Under the pieces are notes generated by a model that searched no databases, was not told the DNA's origin, and saw only the letters and a program-made list of their open reading frames with translations. Shown in pieces: positions 1 to 10,066 of a DNA stretch of 64,000 nucleotides. Source of the DNA: a virus. Taxonomy: Duplodnaviria; Caudoviricetes. The position numbers were made by a program, and so were the translations under genes. The number at the start of each line of letters is the position of its first letter. The stretch's first letter is position 1. The stretch lies in the IMG/VR virus record IMGVR_UViG_3300042291_000844, positions 1-64,000 of that record; one strand, given 5' to 3'.

Positions 1-158
1 TCTTTTTCATTACGTTCTACACGTAAACGGTCTAACTCTTCATTGATTTCATCTACTTCTGCTTCAGTTAATAATTCTAAAACTGTGAATCCGCGATATC
101 TCCAATCAAATGATATTTGTTGAAGTTCTTCCGTTGTAAGGTGTTTGTATTTTTGCAT
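1..158 (-). CDS. Partial CDS running off the window start; possible PhyH-family (phytanoyl-CoA dioxygenase-like) 2OG-Fe(II) oxygenase N-terminus
   Basis: Manual translation from ATG at 158: MQKYKHLTTEELQQISFDWRYRGFTVLELLTEAEVDEINEELDRLRVERNEK, open to the window edge. GF.VL..LLT.AEVDEI pattern resembles PhyH N-termini. Late-type motif at 174-181. Confidence 0.45.
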   Translation of the reverse strand, partial: MQKYKHLTTEELQQISFDWRYRGFTVLELLTEAEVDEINEELDRLRVERNEK

Positions 159-173
159 AACTTTTGTGTTTTA

Positions 174-181
174 TATAAATA
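174..181 (-). promoter_or_regulatory. Late-type motif
   Basis: Plus-strand TATAAATA, 15 nt before the ATG at 158. Confidence 0.55.
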
Positions 182-224
182 TATATAATTTGTAAAAACG
201 ATAATTATTTTTTTATGATTGTTA

Positions 225-614
225 TCACTTATAAAATTGTAATAAATTTGGTAGGTATAATTTTAAGGTAGGTATTTTTTCATATACCAATTTTATTGCC
301 CTTCTATTTGATTCACTTACACTTACATCAAACACATCTCCATTTTCTCTATATTGAGTTTCCTTTGGGCCAGATATTCTCCATTTCAAAGAACAACGAC
401 TGAATAAGGGGTTTGTTTGAAATCTTAAATATGTTTTTGAATTGATTTCAAATATAGGTGAATTGATATCATTTACTTTTTTTATAAAATATCTACTGAT
501 ATATCCACGAGTATAATCTAATTTAGATGGCGTAGGAATATGAGTATCAAATGAATCATTTGGTAATGATGTTGATGGATTTATCAACTTATTATATGAA
601 TCTAATATACTCAT
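225..614 (-). CDS. Hypothetical protein, baseplate region
   Basis: 129-aa ORF directly downstream of the hub gene (2-nt gap), same strand. Confidence 0.7.
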   Translation of the reverse strand: MSILDSYNKLINPSTSLPNDSFDTHIPTPSKLDYTRGYISRYFIKKVNDINSPIFEINSKTYLRFQTNPLFSRCSLKWRISGPKETQYRENGDVFDVSVSESNRRAIKLVYEKIPTLKLYLPNLLQFYK

Positions 615-616
615 CG

Positions 617-3124
617 TTATTTAGGTTTACTTTCTTTACCTACTATTCTTAATTTAGATTTAACATCCGTTGTCCATGTCATACCATCTAATGTGTGGTC
701 TACTTTCACTACTTGAAATACATTTGGTTGACCGAATTTATCAGGTAATCCATCTACTTGAAATTGGTCACCCACCTTAAATCCACTTACACCATGTACT
801 TTGAAATCAAAATCAGCAACACCAAATGGTGGATTTTGTGTATTATTAGCAGCTTTCGTTTGTAAAGTTTGACTAAAGGCTAAACCCTTATCAACTAAAA
901 AACATTGTCTTAGGGCCGAGGTATCATTCCATGAACCTACCATTAATACATTTTCAATTGTGTTATCATTACCTGCCCTATCAAAAAAGGTTTTAGTTAT
1001 ATCTAGTTTTGCCTCTCTATCTTGAATTTTAGGATATACTGCACCTGTTTTTACAAAAAATTCAAAATTTGCTACCTTAGCCTCTAATTCTAATTCATCT
1101 GCACTTTTTCGTTTTGGTGGGTTATTTGATGTATCAGGTGGTCCTTCTTCTTCTTCCTTTTCTGCTTGTTGTATTCCTGCTAGGATAGTACCAACAAAAT
1201 CTTGTCTTCTAGAAAATACAGTTCCTAAAGCCGGACGGGGATTTAATTCAGGACTATGGTCATATGTATGACCCTTATCATCTTTTAATTTATTATTCAC
1301 AACCGATGACATCATTGCGGCAGGAACTTCTACTGAAAAATCACAACTAATAAATGGCGATTTAACTCCTCTCGATTGAAATGTTACAATACCACTATTA
1401 TTTGAGATATCACCTAAAAAATTTAAATCAACTACTGCTAATTCAAATTTTCCTTCTGGGTTTGCTTTTGGTACTTCTTGTATTTGAAATTTCCAAATTG
1501 AATTACATGCAGATGACATACCATTTAACATTTCATAAAAAACATCTCTAATTACGAAATTTGGTTTACTTATACATTCTACAAAAAAATTAAAATTTAT
1601 ATATAAATCTTTTAAATATCCCCAAAATCTAGCTTTTTCTTGTATTGCTATAAATGTAGAATCAGCCGGAGATTTTGCACTCAACCCTCGTGTATTTGGA
1701 AATGCGTATGGAACTAACCTACTCTTACCATCTGAAGGGTCTACTCTTGAATCTACATGTTGTAGCCAAGGATACGCAGTTAGTTCCGCTAACGGATGTA
1801 TGTTTGAAAAATTTTTAGAATCATCTAATGCATCAAATTCAAAATAAGTTTTTATTTCTTTATCTGCTGATAACGCATCTAAAAATTTAAAATTTGGAGT
1901 AGTTGGATTTGGTATAAATAATTTTGTAGCATCAGTTGAAAACATATGTGGAAACCCACTAATATAAGTATTTTTAATATTAATTATTTTACTACGGGTT
2001 TCACAATTACTGCATGCACTGGGTTTACCTTTTAAATCATATACATAGCTATTCATGATTTCACATGCTAATTCAAATCTAATAAATTTTTCTTCTGATA
2101 ATAGTGGTAAATCTTTGGGTATAGCCACTTCTGCTCCACTTGATGATTTTAATTCACCTGCCTCTGATAAAGCATCTTTTAAAGTTTCACCAACTACTTT
2201 ATCTATATTTACAAAATTAGCAGTATCTGCCCATTGTGGATTTTTCCATAACTTATAAACTGGTGGTGTTCTTTTTTGGCCAGGAAGTTGATTAAACATT
2301 TGCATAAAAAGTGCGGCACCTATTTTTTTATCACCCACCTGTGTTTCAATTTCTTGTGGTGAAAAAGTCTTTCCACTATCTTTTTTATTTTCTTTTGTAT
2401 TATTTGCATCTCTATGAGTTTGCATATATTCAGCTACATTACCAACTGATGTTAATTTTACTTCCAATTCATAACTCTCATTATCTCCAAATGAAACCCC
2501 ACCGCCTGTTACAATACCTAAAAATGCATCATAAGTAAAATCAGATTTAATTCTCTTTTCTTTAATTGTAGACCATTGGTCATACGCAACTAAATCACAA
2601 TTTGTTACCTTTCCGCCACCGCCAACTTTTTGTGCGGCAGATAGTGCAGTATTCCAACCCCACTCACATAGAGCATGAAATCCCGGTTCTAAAAAATATC
2701 CCGCTAATAAATCAGATTGTTCTTTTGTAAATGCACGAATTTTAATAGTTGCTAATCGACTACCACCTTCAGCTTTTTCATCCATAGTCATAGATGTTAT
2801 AATAGGTGGTGGTCTAAGTGCTCTACTTCTACCAGATGGTATCCATATTTCATCACCACTAAAATTTCTACCGATAGCACCAGGGCCTATGTAAGAACCA
2901 CCATTTGAACCATATACCGATGTGAAATCAGTAGCGTTTGGATTTATTGATTCTAATATACACCCATTTGGTGCCACCCCAGCTAATAATCTAATCCAAG
3001 TAGATAGACCACTAACACCGGGTTTTTCTTTTGCGTTCCACGGGTTATTGTTACCTGCTCTATTTTTTAGAGTAGTTTCTAATTCAGGATATATATTTGA
3101 TAAATTTGGAAATGAACCTGGCAT
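617..3124 (-). CDS. Baseplate hub / tail protein (gp27/VgrG/late-control-D-like)
   Basis: 835 aa, follows TMP, tube initiator and LysM genes. C-terminal G.SGF.VGD.F.V..LP...FQV..V.H...W.T pattern typical of hub proteins. Confidence 0.6.
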   Translation of the reverse strand: MPGSFPNLSNIYPELETTLKNRAGNNNPWNAKEKPGVSGLSTWIRLLAGVAPNGCILESINPNATDFTSVYGSNGGSYIGPGAIGRNFSGDEIWIPSGRSRALRPPPIITSMTMDEKAEGGSRLATIKIRAFTKEQSDLLAGYFLEPGFHALCEWGWNTALSAAQKVGGGGKVTNCDLVAYDQWSTIKEKRIKSDFTYDAFLGIVTGGGVSFGDNESYELEVKLTSVGNVAEYMQTHRDANNTKENKKDSGKTFSPQEIETQVGDKKIGAALFMQMFNQLPGQKRTPPVYKLWKNPQWADTANFVNIDKVVGETLKDALSEAGELKSSSGAEVAIPKDLPLLSEEKFIRFELACEIMNSYVYDLKGKPSACSNCETRSKIINIKNTYISGFPHMFSTDATKLFIPNPTTPNFKFLDALSADKEIKTYFEFDALDDSKNFSNIHPLAELTAYPWLQHVDSRVDPSDGKSRLVPYAFPNTRGLSAKSPADSTFIAIQEKARFWGYLKDLYINFNFFVECISKPNFVIRDVFYEMLNGMSSACNSIWKFQIQEVPKANPEGKFELAVVDLNFLGDISNNSGIVTFQSRGVKSPFISCDFSVEVPAAMMSSVVNNKLKDDKGHTYDHSPELNPRPALGTVFSRRQDFVGTILAGIQQAEKEEEEGPPDTSNNPPKRKSADELELEAKVANFEFFVKTGAVYPKIQDREAKLDITKTFFDRAGNDNTIENVLMVGSWNDTSALRQCFLVDKGLAFSQTLQTKAANNTQNPPFGVADFDFKVHGVSGFKVGDQFQVDGLPDKFGQPNVFQVVKVDHTLDGMTWTTDVKSKLRIVGKESKPK

Positions 3125-3131
3125 AATTTAT

Positions 3132-3419
3132 TTATTTTGAAAAACTATTTGAAATTTCTAAATAATTTTCTGGTATTCTTAGTATTGTTCCATCGTTTAC
3201 TGCGAATGGTGCATCGTGGATGTTGTTAGCAGTTGCTATAATCCACCATAAGGATGCATCTCCGTAAAACTGATGTGCAAGTGTATCCAATCGGTCACCC
3301 GTCTGGGTCACTGCGTAAATATCAGTATCTCTCAATGGTATATTTGGATATATCTTTGTTCTGAAGACTTCCCTACCATCTTTAAGTTTTTGTATTTTAT
3401 TATTTGTATATCTTGACAT
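3132..3419 (-). CDS. LysM/tail-X-like baseplate wedge protein
   Basis: TQTGDRLDTLAHQFYGDASLWWIIATANNI...GTILRIP, a LysM/gpX/gp53-type motif, in baseplate synteny. Confidence 0.85.
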   Translation of the reverse strand: MSRYTNNKIQKLKDGREVFRTKIYPNIPLRDTDIYAVTQTGDRLDTLAHQFYGDASLWWIIATANNIHDAPFAVNDGTILRIPENYLEISNSFSK

Positions 3420-3432
3420 AATTTAATTTATT

Positions 3433-6108
3433 TTAAAATCCAAATGAATTTGATGGTTTCGGTGCATTTGCTGCCATATCTGATGCCGTTGCTATTTTTC
3501 CATCTTTATTATGGAAAAATTTATTTAAAGGGTCTCCACCATCATTAAATTTTGTACACCATCTTGAATAATTACTAATATTATTATTTTGGAATGTACC
3601 ATCTGCATTAAGTTTTGCATGTGCTACTTGTTCGTATAAATCATCATCAGTATCAATCCATTCAAAATAAAATGCAGTTTCATTTAGTTTTTTAACTTCT
3701 TTAAGTTTTCTACCGCCCGTTTCATGATATGCAAATATACTTCTAACCCATTCAGGATATGAATCATATTTTTTTATTGCTTTTTCGTAATCTTCTCTTT
3801 CTTTCGTTTGAGAACTGATTGCAATTGCAGTCAATGTAGCAGGGTCATTACTTTGTTTCGGTGTTTCCGCTGGTTTTCCTGTATCTAATGATTTTGGTGC
3901 AGAATCTACTCCTAACATACCACCACTCTTTGATTGTGTTTTAGGTGCTTCGGTTTGTGGTACACCTACACTATTAATTGGTGCCGGAGGTGTTGTTGGT
4001 TGAACTACTTGGATTGTATTTGTTTTTGTAATTACTGAAGTACCACCTGTTTTTGGTTGTTGACTTACAGTAGTTGTGTTACCAGATTGTTGAGCCCTTT
4101 TATTATTAATTGATTTAACCGCTTCTTTCGAAATTGCAAATCCATAAGGTTTAAGTTCTGCCCCAACATTTTCAACAAATTTAAATTCCATTTGGACTTC
4201 AACTATTTTTGGTAATTGCATACCATCCATAGTAGTTTCCCATACCCCATCATCTGGTATTGTATATGAAAGAGAGTTTATAAATGCTGTTTTCTTTTGA
4301 TACATATTACCCAATGTAAATTCAATAAATGGTGGATTTACTAAATTACTTTTATCAATAGTTGGATATGCTTTTTTTGTTAAAAAATCAATTCGTTGCC
4401 ACATTGTTCCTAATTCACCCGAATTCATACAATACATTTTTAATTGTAATGATAGGGTTCTTTCAACCCCACCATAAGTGTAGTAACTATATGGATTACC
4501 AACAAATTTAGCAGAATCCCAAGTTGGTGAAACTGTTTCACTCAAACTTGTTACTAATGTTCTAAAATATACTTTTTGAGAATCCCCTACACCTGCTATT
4601 GAAAATGTTATTAAATCTTTTTTATCACCATCACTTCCCCCACCGCTTACTCCATACGAACTATTAATTAAATCACCCTTATTACTTGTTATTCCATATT
4701 TCGTTTCTAATGTACCAGTTTTCGTACCACCTACTACTCCACTATATGGACGAGTTGGGTCATTTGGCATAACTGCACCCGTATTATTTTTTATATCTTT
4801 AAATGCGTTTGGTGATGTACCAAACACACCTTTTGTTTTTCTTCTATCAATTCCATACACAGGAGATACTAAGGATAAGTCAATTCCATTTAAGGTATTA
4901 ACATCCATTTTTTCACTATATATTTTTTCAGTAGTAGTAGTTGTTTTAGTTTTCGATTCAACTGCTTTATCTATTTCAGGTTTAGATTCCGTACCTTTTA
5001 GTTTATCTTTTACTGATGTAGTAGTTGACCCTAATTTTTCTTTAGCCTTACCAATTTCTGCAGAATCTTTTTTTGCAATATCAGTAGATTCAGCAGTTGG
5101 TATTCCTAAATTAGTTTCTTTACTATTCGATGTTATATATGAACTATATTTTTCATCATATGGTCTAGCATTATCAGCTTTTTCTTTAGCTTTTTCCTCT
5201 ACAAGTTTATCAAGTGCAGTTGGTGATGCAGAACCTTTTAGTTTTTGTTTTAGAGATGCAGTTGCATTTGTAGATGCCTCTCCTAATTTTTTCTTAGCAT
5301 CAAGTTGTAATTGAGTTACTTTTTTAGTAATATCAGTTGCACCTTTATCTACTTTACTTACTGATTTTGAATTAAACTTAACATTGTTAATTTGTTTTGA
5401 ATATGGTAGTTTTGAACTATATTCGTATTTATCAGTTGCACCTGCAGTGTTAGCACCTAATGTATTTGGATTACCAAATAGAGCAGTTCTTAACTTATCT
5501 TTTACTAATGAGATACCCTGTCCTAATATTTGTTTGCCAATTGTTTTTGGATTACCACCACCGGTATTTTTTAGGAATGTGCCAACGATTGTACCCTTTG
5601 CATCATTTCTAATTTTTGCAAGAGTAATCATTGTATCTGGTTCTAATCCTGATTGTAATCCATTTGTATTATATACATAAGTTGGGATAGCATTTCCTGG
5701 AATACCTATACGTGAATTTACACCATCTCTTGCTTGAGATAATGATGTAACTTTACCACCAAAAACAAATTTACCAAATTTACCACCGGTAATAGCACCT
5801 AATCCTTTACCAATCAATCCACCATCTCCTGCACTTCCACCTGTTGCCTGTTTCATTTTCTCAACCGATGATGTACTACGAGTTGCTATACGAATTGCTT
5901 CGTTACCATATATTAATGGGTTATTTAATTCTACCTTAGTTTTTATACGAATACCACTAAGTTCTTGTTCTATTAAAGTTATTGTATCTGCTTTTACACT
6001 TTTTTCTTGAGTAGAACCTGCAAATAATTCTTGCACGGGAGTTAAGTCCAATATTTTTGGAGTTATATCTTTATTCGAACCTCTAAATAATTCTAATATT
6101 GTTGGCAT
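3433..6108 (-). CDS. Tail tube initiator / baseplate protein (gp48/gp54-like domain) with low-complexity insertions
   Basis: FRTLVTSLSETVSPTW...GNPYSYYTYGGVERTLSL...PPFIEFTLGNMY...INSLSYTIP tube-fold domain; follows the tape measure gene. Confidence 0.65.
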   Translation of the reverse strand: MPTILELFRGSNKDITPKILDLTPVQELFAGSTQEKSVKADTITLIEQELSGIRIKTKVELNNPLIYGNEAIRIATRSTSSVEKMKQATGGSAGDGGLIGKGLGAITGGKFGKFVFGGKVTSLSQARDGVNSRIGIPGNAIPTYVYNTNGLQSGLEPDTMITLAKIRNDAKGTIVGTFLKNTGGGNPKTIGKQILGQGISLVKDKLRTALFGNPNTLGANTAGATDKYEYSSKLPYSKQINNVKFNSKSVSKVDKGATDITKKVTQLQLDAKKKLGEASTNATASLKQKLKGSASPTALDKLVEEKAKEKADNARPYDEKYSSYITSNSKETNLGIPTAESTDIAKKDSAEIGKAKEKLGSTTTSVKDKLKGTESKPEIDKAVESKTKTTTTTEKIYSEKMDVNTLNGIDLSLVSPVYGIDRRKTKGVFGTSPNAFKDIKNNTGAVMPNDPTRPYSGVVGGTKTGTLETKYGITSNKGDLINSSYGVSGGGSDGDKKDLITFSIAGVGDSQKVYFRTLVTSLSETVSPTWDSAKFVGNPYSYYTYGGVERTLSLQLKMYCMNSGELGTMWQRIDFLTKKAYPTIDKSNLVNPPFIEFTLGNMYQKKTAFINSLSYTIPDDGVWETTMDGMQLPKIVEVQMEFKFVENVGAELKPYGFAISKEAVKSINNKRAQQSGNTTTVSQQPKTGGTSVITKTNTIQVVQPTTPPAPINSVGVPQTEAPKTQSKSGGMLGVDSAPKSLDTGKPAETPKQSNDPATLTAIAISSQTKEREDYEKAIKKYDSYPEWVRSIFAYHETGGRKLKEVKKLNETAFYFEWIDTDDDLYEQVAHAKLNADGTFQNNNISNYSRWCTKFNDGGDPLNKFFHNKDGKIATASDMAANAPKPSNSFGF

Positions 6109-6110
6109 AA

Positions 6111-8672
6111 TTAAGCTCCCATTAATCCAAATCGGTTTTCACCACTTTTTTCGTTTGTTTTCACTACTGCTGATGAAACTTTTTCTTTATCCATATAGAC
6201 ATCTCTATTTGATTGAACTGCCACAATTAATTCGTCTAATTTAGCAACAACCGCAGTGTTATCTTGTCCTCCACCTCCCATCAATCCGCCTAATAATCCA
6301 CCAATACCAGTTCCTAAGCCTGTAGCAATTGTTTCCAATAAACTAGCAGGGTCTTTAGTTGCTAATAAAACATCTGCAGGGTTTGTTCCTATTACTTTAC
6401 CATCTTGAACTACACCATCGTTAATACTTGAAGTTGTTGCGGTACTTCCATCAGTTTTTGCTTCATCACTTATTCCTAAGAACGAACCTATCGAACTAAA
6501 TACACTACCTATTCCGTTTACTGCCCACATAATCGGGTCTACTATATATTTAGAAATTGTATCTCCTATAAAACTAATTACATCATATATTATACCAAAT
6601 CCTTTTACTAAAAAATCTACAAAAAACCCAATTGCTCCACCTACTAATGAACCAAATATTTTACCAATACTACTAATAACTCCAATGATTGGTTGTGCAA
6701 ATTTCATCATTACTTCTTTGAATTCACCTATTTTTAAAAACAATGGTTCTAATGCATCAAACGCAGCTTCAAATGGAGTAAGTAATGCATTTATTATTGC
6801 AGAACCGATTGCTACTAATGGCATGACAATTGCAGATATAACATCATAAACTGCTTTAAGTGGTTTGAATACCATTTTAAACGCCATTCCTATAACTCTA
6901 AATATCGGTAATAGAACTGCATTTAATATTGTAAATAAATCATTTAACACCGGCATTACAAATGCTGCTATTGGTTCGAACATATCACTAAATCCAGTTT
7001 TAAGAGCAGATGAACTATTTGCAAGGTTATCCATTACTCCTTGCATATCCTTTTGAGATGATAATCTTTGTGTTTGTAAATCTAAATCTTCTTTTGATAA
7101 TGAAGTGATATCTCTGCCGGAATCCATTAAGGACATTGCAGATGCTAATTGTTCTTCATTTAATTTACCAAATTGTTCTCTAATCCTTTGTTGGTTTATC
7201 AAATCACCCATTTGCATACCGGTTGCTTTGGTAAGGGCTTCTTGTTCAAATTTATTTAATTTTGTTAAATCACCTAAACTTGAAACCTGATTTAACACTT
7301 CTTGTTGTGCTTCTACCGCTTTACCATTTGCTGCTAGGTATCTTGCTTGTGAAAGATTTAAGTTTGTTCCTAATATTGCACTTGCTTCTAATTCTGATGT
7401 AATACTACTTTCAAAATCCAATAGATTATCTGCAACTGAACCTGCTTCTTTAATTGATGTTCCTAATTTTGCTGCTTGAACTGCTGCTTTAGCTAATTCT
7501 TTTGGTGAACCATTAAAATAACGATATGCATATTCGGAACTCTCCGCCATATCTGCTATTACCTTTGAAGGTGCAACCCCAGCCATCTTTGCCATTTCAG
7601 CAGTTTGACCAATTAGGGCTTGTGATTGGGCGGCGGTTAATCCACCCATATTTTGAAATACTTTATTTAATTCCGCACCTTGTTCTACCCCAACACCAAA
7701 GTTTTTGTTCAACATAACCATAGAACCCAACACTTCTCTTGAAGGTTGCTCTAACCCGCCAAATATTTGTGTAAAGGCGGTTGCAGATTTACCTACATCT
7801 TCCGCACTTACACCTAACCCTGCAAATTCGGTTGATACCGCTTGTATATTACCTTGTAAAGTTCTAGTTTGAGAATTTAATAATCCAGTTTCCTCTCTAA
7901 AAGATTTTGCTGCTGCTTCTATTTCTTTAAATCTCTCCAATCCTACTTCAAATGCTTTATATAATGCATATGCAATTAGGGCAACTGCTGCTACTACTGC
8001 TACAACTGATAAGATTGCTATTCCTTGTGGTCCTAATAACCCCATTATCATATTTTTAGCAGAACCAAATCCTCTACTTAATCCAGAAGTAAATGATTCC
8101 ATCATATTAGAACCCTTATTAGTTGCTTGAGTAAATCCCGTTTTGAACTGAGTCATAAAACGTTTTTTTACTGCATCTATACTTCCTTTTGCTTTATCTG
8201 AGAAGGGTGTCCAAAATCTATTAAATAGTGTTTCCCCTATTATGGGTATACCTTTTATTTTTTCACCAATGGAATCTAATGATTTTACAAATTTATTTTG
8301 TAAATTATCTGCAATTCGTTGGGTTTCATTTATTATTTTTAATCTAGCTAATTCCTTTTTTACAATTGCATCTGCTGCATCTAATTGTGCTAGATACGTT
8401 GATTTCATTTTTTCATTAACACCAAAATTTGATTGCAGAACTTGTCCTTTTTGGGCAGATAATTTAATTAGAGCCTCTTCGTAGGATTTTTCATCCTTTA
8501 ATGAGTTTAACACTTTTTTAGTTAAACTTATTTCTTCAAATATTTTTTTATTGCGCAAATCAGAAGCTTCAGCAGTTTCTTCAATAGCCCTCTTCATATC
8601 ACCTATGATAGATGAGGTATATTTGACTGCATCTTGATATTCTTTTTCTTCTGCTGTTTTATTTTTTGCCAT
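6111..8672 (-). CDS. Tape measure protein
   Basis: 853 aa, helical and Ala/Gly-rich with hydrophobic Pro-punctuated stretches; lies downstream of tube and chaperone genes. Confidence 0.85.
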   Translation of the reverse strand: MAKNKTAEEKEYQDAVKYTSSIIGDMKRAIEETAEASDLRNKKIFEEISLTKKVLNSLKDEKSYEEALIKLSAQKGQVLQSNFGVNEKMKSTYLAQLDAADAIVKKELARLKIINETQRIADNLQNKFVKSLDSIGEKIKGIPIIGETLFNRFWTPFSDKAKGSIDAVKKRFMTQFKTGFTQATNKGSNMMESFTSGLSRGFGSAKNMIMGLLGPQGIAILSVVAVVAAVALIAYALYKAFEVGLERFKEIEAAAKSFREETGLLNSQTRTLQGNIQAVSTEFAGLGVSAEDVGKSATAFTQIFGGLEQPSREVLGSMVMLNKNFGVGVEQGAELNKVFQNMGGLTAAQSQALIGQTAEMAKMAGVAPSKVIADMAESSEYAYRYFNGSPKELAKAAVQAAKLGTSIKEAGSVADNLLDFESSITSELEASAILGTNLNLSQARYLAANGKAVEAQQEVLNQVSSLGDLTKLNKFEQEALTKATGMQMGDLINQQRIREQFGKLNEEQLASAMSLMDSGRDITSLSKEDLDLQTQRLSSQKDMQGVMDNLANSSSALKTGFSDMFEPIAAFVMPVLNDLFTILNAVLLPIFRVIGMAFKMVFKPLKAVYDVISAIVMPLVAIGSAIINALLTPFEAAFDALEPLFLKIGEFKEVMMKFAQPIIGVISSIGKIFGSLVGGAIGFFVDFLVKGFGIIYDVISFIGDTISKYIVDPIMWAVNGIGSVFSSIGSFLGISDEAKTDGSTATTSSINDGVVQDGKVIGTNPADVLLATKDPASLLETIATGLGTGIGGLLGGLMGGGGQDNTAVVAKLDELIVAVQSNRDVYMDKEKVSSAVVKTNEKSGENRFGLMGA

Positions 8673-8674
8673 AA

Positions 8675-8941
8675 TTAGTAATCAAATCCTAAATATTTTC
8701 TAACTGATTGAGGTATTGCCTTTTTAACTGCTTCTTTATCGCCACCGAATCGTTTTTCAATAGTTTCACGAGCAGTTTCGATTGATTCGTCTGCATCTTT
8801 TATTGCTTTAGCTATATTTTTATCACTTTTTAAATTACGACTTAATATAGATAAAAATAAATTACTAATAAATCCTTCTTTCAATTTATGTTTAGTATAA
8901 ATTTCTTTAAAAAGTTGTCTATCTTCTTTTGTTAATTTCAT
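8675..8941 (-). CDS. Hypothetical protein
   Basis: 88-aa ORF with AGGAG RBS (TAGGAGAACCTTATG) and its own late-type motif at 8963-8970. Confidence 0.8.
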   Translation of the reverse strand: MKLTKEDRQLFKEIYTKHKLKEGFISNLFLSILSRNLKSDKNIAKAIKDADESIETARETIEKRFGGDKEAVKKAIPQSVRKYLGFDY

Positions 8942-8962
8942 AAGGTTCTCCTATTATACTCC

Positions 8963-8970
8963 TATAAATA
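8963..8970 (-). promoter_or_regulatory. Late-type motif
   Basis: Plus-strand TATAAATA, between a terminator and the TMP operon. Confidence 0.65.
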
Positions 8971-8978
8971 TAAGACAT

Positions 8979-9007
8979 AAAAAAAGTGAGGAATTTATTT
9001 CCTCACT
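8979..9007 (-). terminator. Rho-independent terminator
   Basis: Stem AGTGAGGAA/TTCCTCACT (8985-8993, 8999-9007) followed by a T7 run on the minus strand. Confidence 0.8.
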
Positions 9008-9234
9008 CTTACACCTGGTCCTTTTGATGGTTGGTTATTTTTTTGTGCTTTATTTGCATTATCACTTTCTCGTTTCTTTGTATCTACCAATTCTTTGTAA
9101 TAAAAATTTCTTAAATGAACTGGTAATCTATATACATCCGATTGAATGAACCCATTTCCATGATAACATAATTCAAAAATTTGTCTATGTAATAGGATAG
9201 AATAATTACTCGGTAGGCCAAAAAAAGCTAACAC
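8995..9234 (-). CDS. Tail assembly chaperone second segment (gp51-like); may be expressed by frameshift from the upstream gene
   Basis: GTG start with no RBS, 29-nt overlap with the upstream gene across a T7 run; product ...FFGLPSNYSILLHRQIFELCYHG... Confidence 0.7.
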   Translation of the reverse strand: MLAFFGLPSNYSILLHRQIFELCYHGNGFIQSDVYRLPVHLRNFYYKELVDTKKRESDNANKAQKNNQPSKGPGVRVRK

Positions 9235-9961
9235 CCATTGTAATAGGTCTTACCTCCATTTCTCCTGTTTCAGGGTTTTCGTAATCAAATTCCATTTTGA
9301 TATCCGGTTGTAAATTTTTTACATGTTCTCTAAATCCTTTGGTATCTCTAGCAAGGAATTTATTATTAATAAAATCAGTTATGGATTTGGTATCATCTTT
9401 ACCATCTACTGATTGAATCATATAACGATAACGAGTAGTTAATTCATTACCCATTGAATCTTTATTTAATCTCTTTAATGCATTAACATCAGTATCAATT
9501 CTTTTTTCATCACCATGAGTTAATAGTTTAAAAACTAATACATTACCAGTTGATGTTGTAAATTGATAACGATTTTCAGAACTTAATTTACTGAAATCAA
9601 CATCTTTTGTTTGAACTTTACCTAAATCAACAGTAATTTGTTGTTTGTTATCATTATCATCTAATATTTCAATCTTATATTCTGGTCCGTATCCTAAAAT
9701 ACGAGTTGCTAACATAATAGCATTCTTATCACCCAAAAGAATATCATCGGGATTTACTTTCTTATCTACTATAATTGCTTCGAATAATTTATCTAATACT
9801 ACACCTTTTTTAATCAAACTTTGAGATGAAAGAATTTCCTCCTCTCTTGCCGTCATGTATTTTAATTCGATGTTACCACTTGATAATGGATTTGTTTCTG
9901 GATAACACTTACCTTGAGATGGTAATGAAATTATCTCCGTTGAGAATTCGTATTGTGACAT
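9206..9961 (-). CDS. Tail assembly chaperone / baseplate hub assembly protein (gp26-like)
   Basis: ISLPSQGKCYP...IELKYMTAREEEIL motif, ends FFWPTE, lies between tube and TMP, AAAGGT RBS. Confidence 0.75.
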   Translation of the reverse strand: MSQYEFSTEIISLPSQGKCYPETNPLSSGNIELKYMTAREEEILSSQSLIKKGVVLDKLFEAIIVDKKVNPDDILLGDKNAIMLATRILGYGPEYKIEILDDNDNKQQITVDLGKVQTKDVDFSKLSSENRYQFTTSTGNVLVFKLLTHGDEKRIDTDVNALKRLNKDSMGNELTTRYRYMIQSVDGKDDTKSITDFINNKFLARDTKGFREHVKNLQPDIKMEFDYENPETGEMEVRPITMGVSFFWPTE

Positions 9962-9987
9962 ATTTTACCTTTATTTTGTTTATTGTA

Positions 9988-9995
9988 TATAAATA
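9988..9995 (-). promoter_or_regulatory. Late-type motif
   Basis: Plus-strand TATAAATA upstream of the chaperone gene. Confidence 0.65.
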
Positions 9996-10014
9996 TATAA
10001 ATAAAAAAAAATTG

Positions 10015-10043
10015 AAAAAAAAGGAGATATTTCTATCTCCTTT
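10015..10043 (-). terminator. Rho-independent terminator after the tail tube gene
   Basis: Minus strand AAGGAGATA-GAAA-TATCTCCTT followed by a T-run. Confidence 0.85.
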
Positions 10044-10066
10044 CTTAATTTTATATTTTAATTCTA

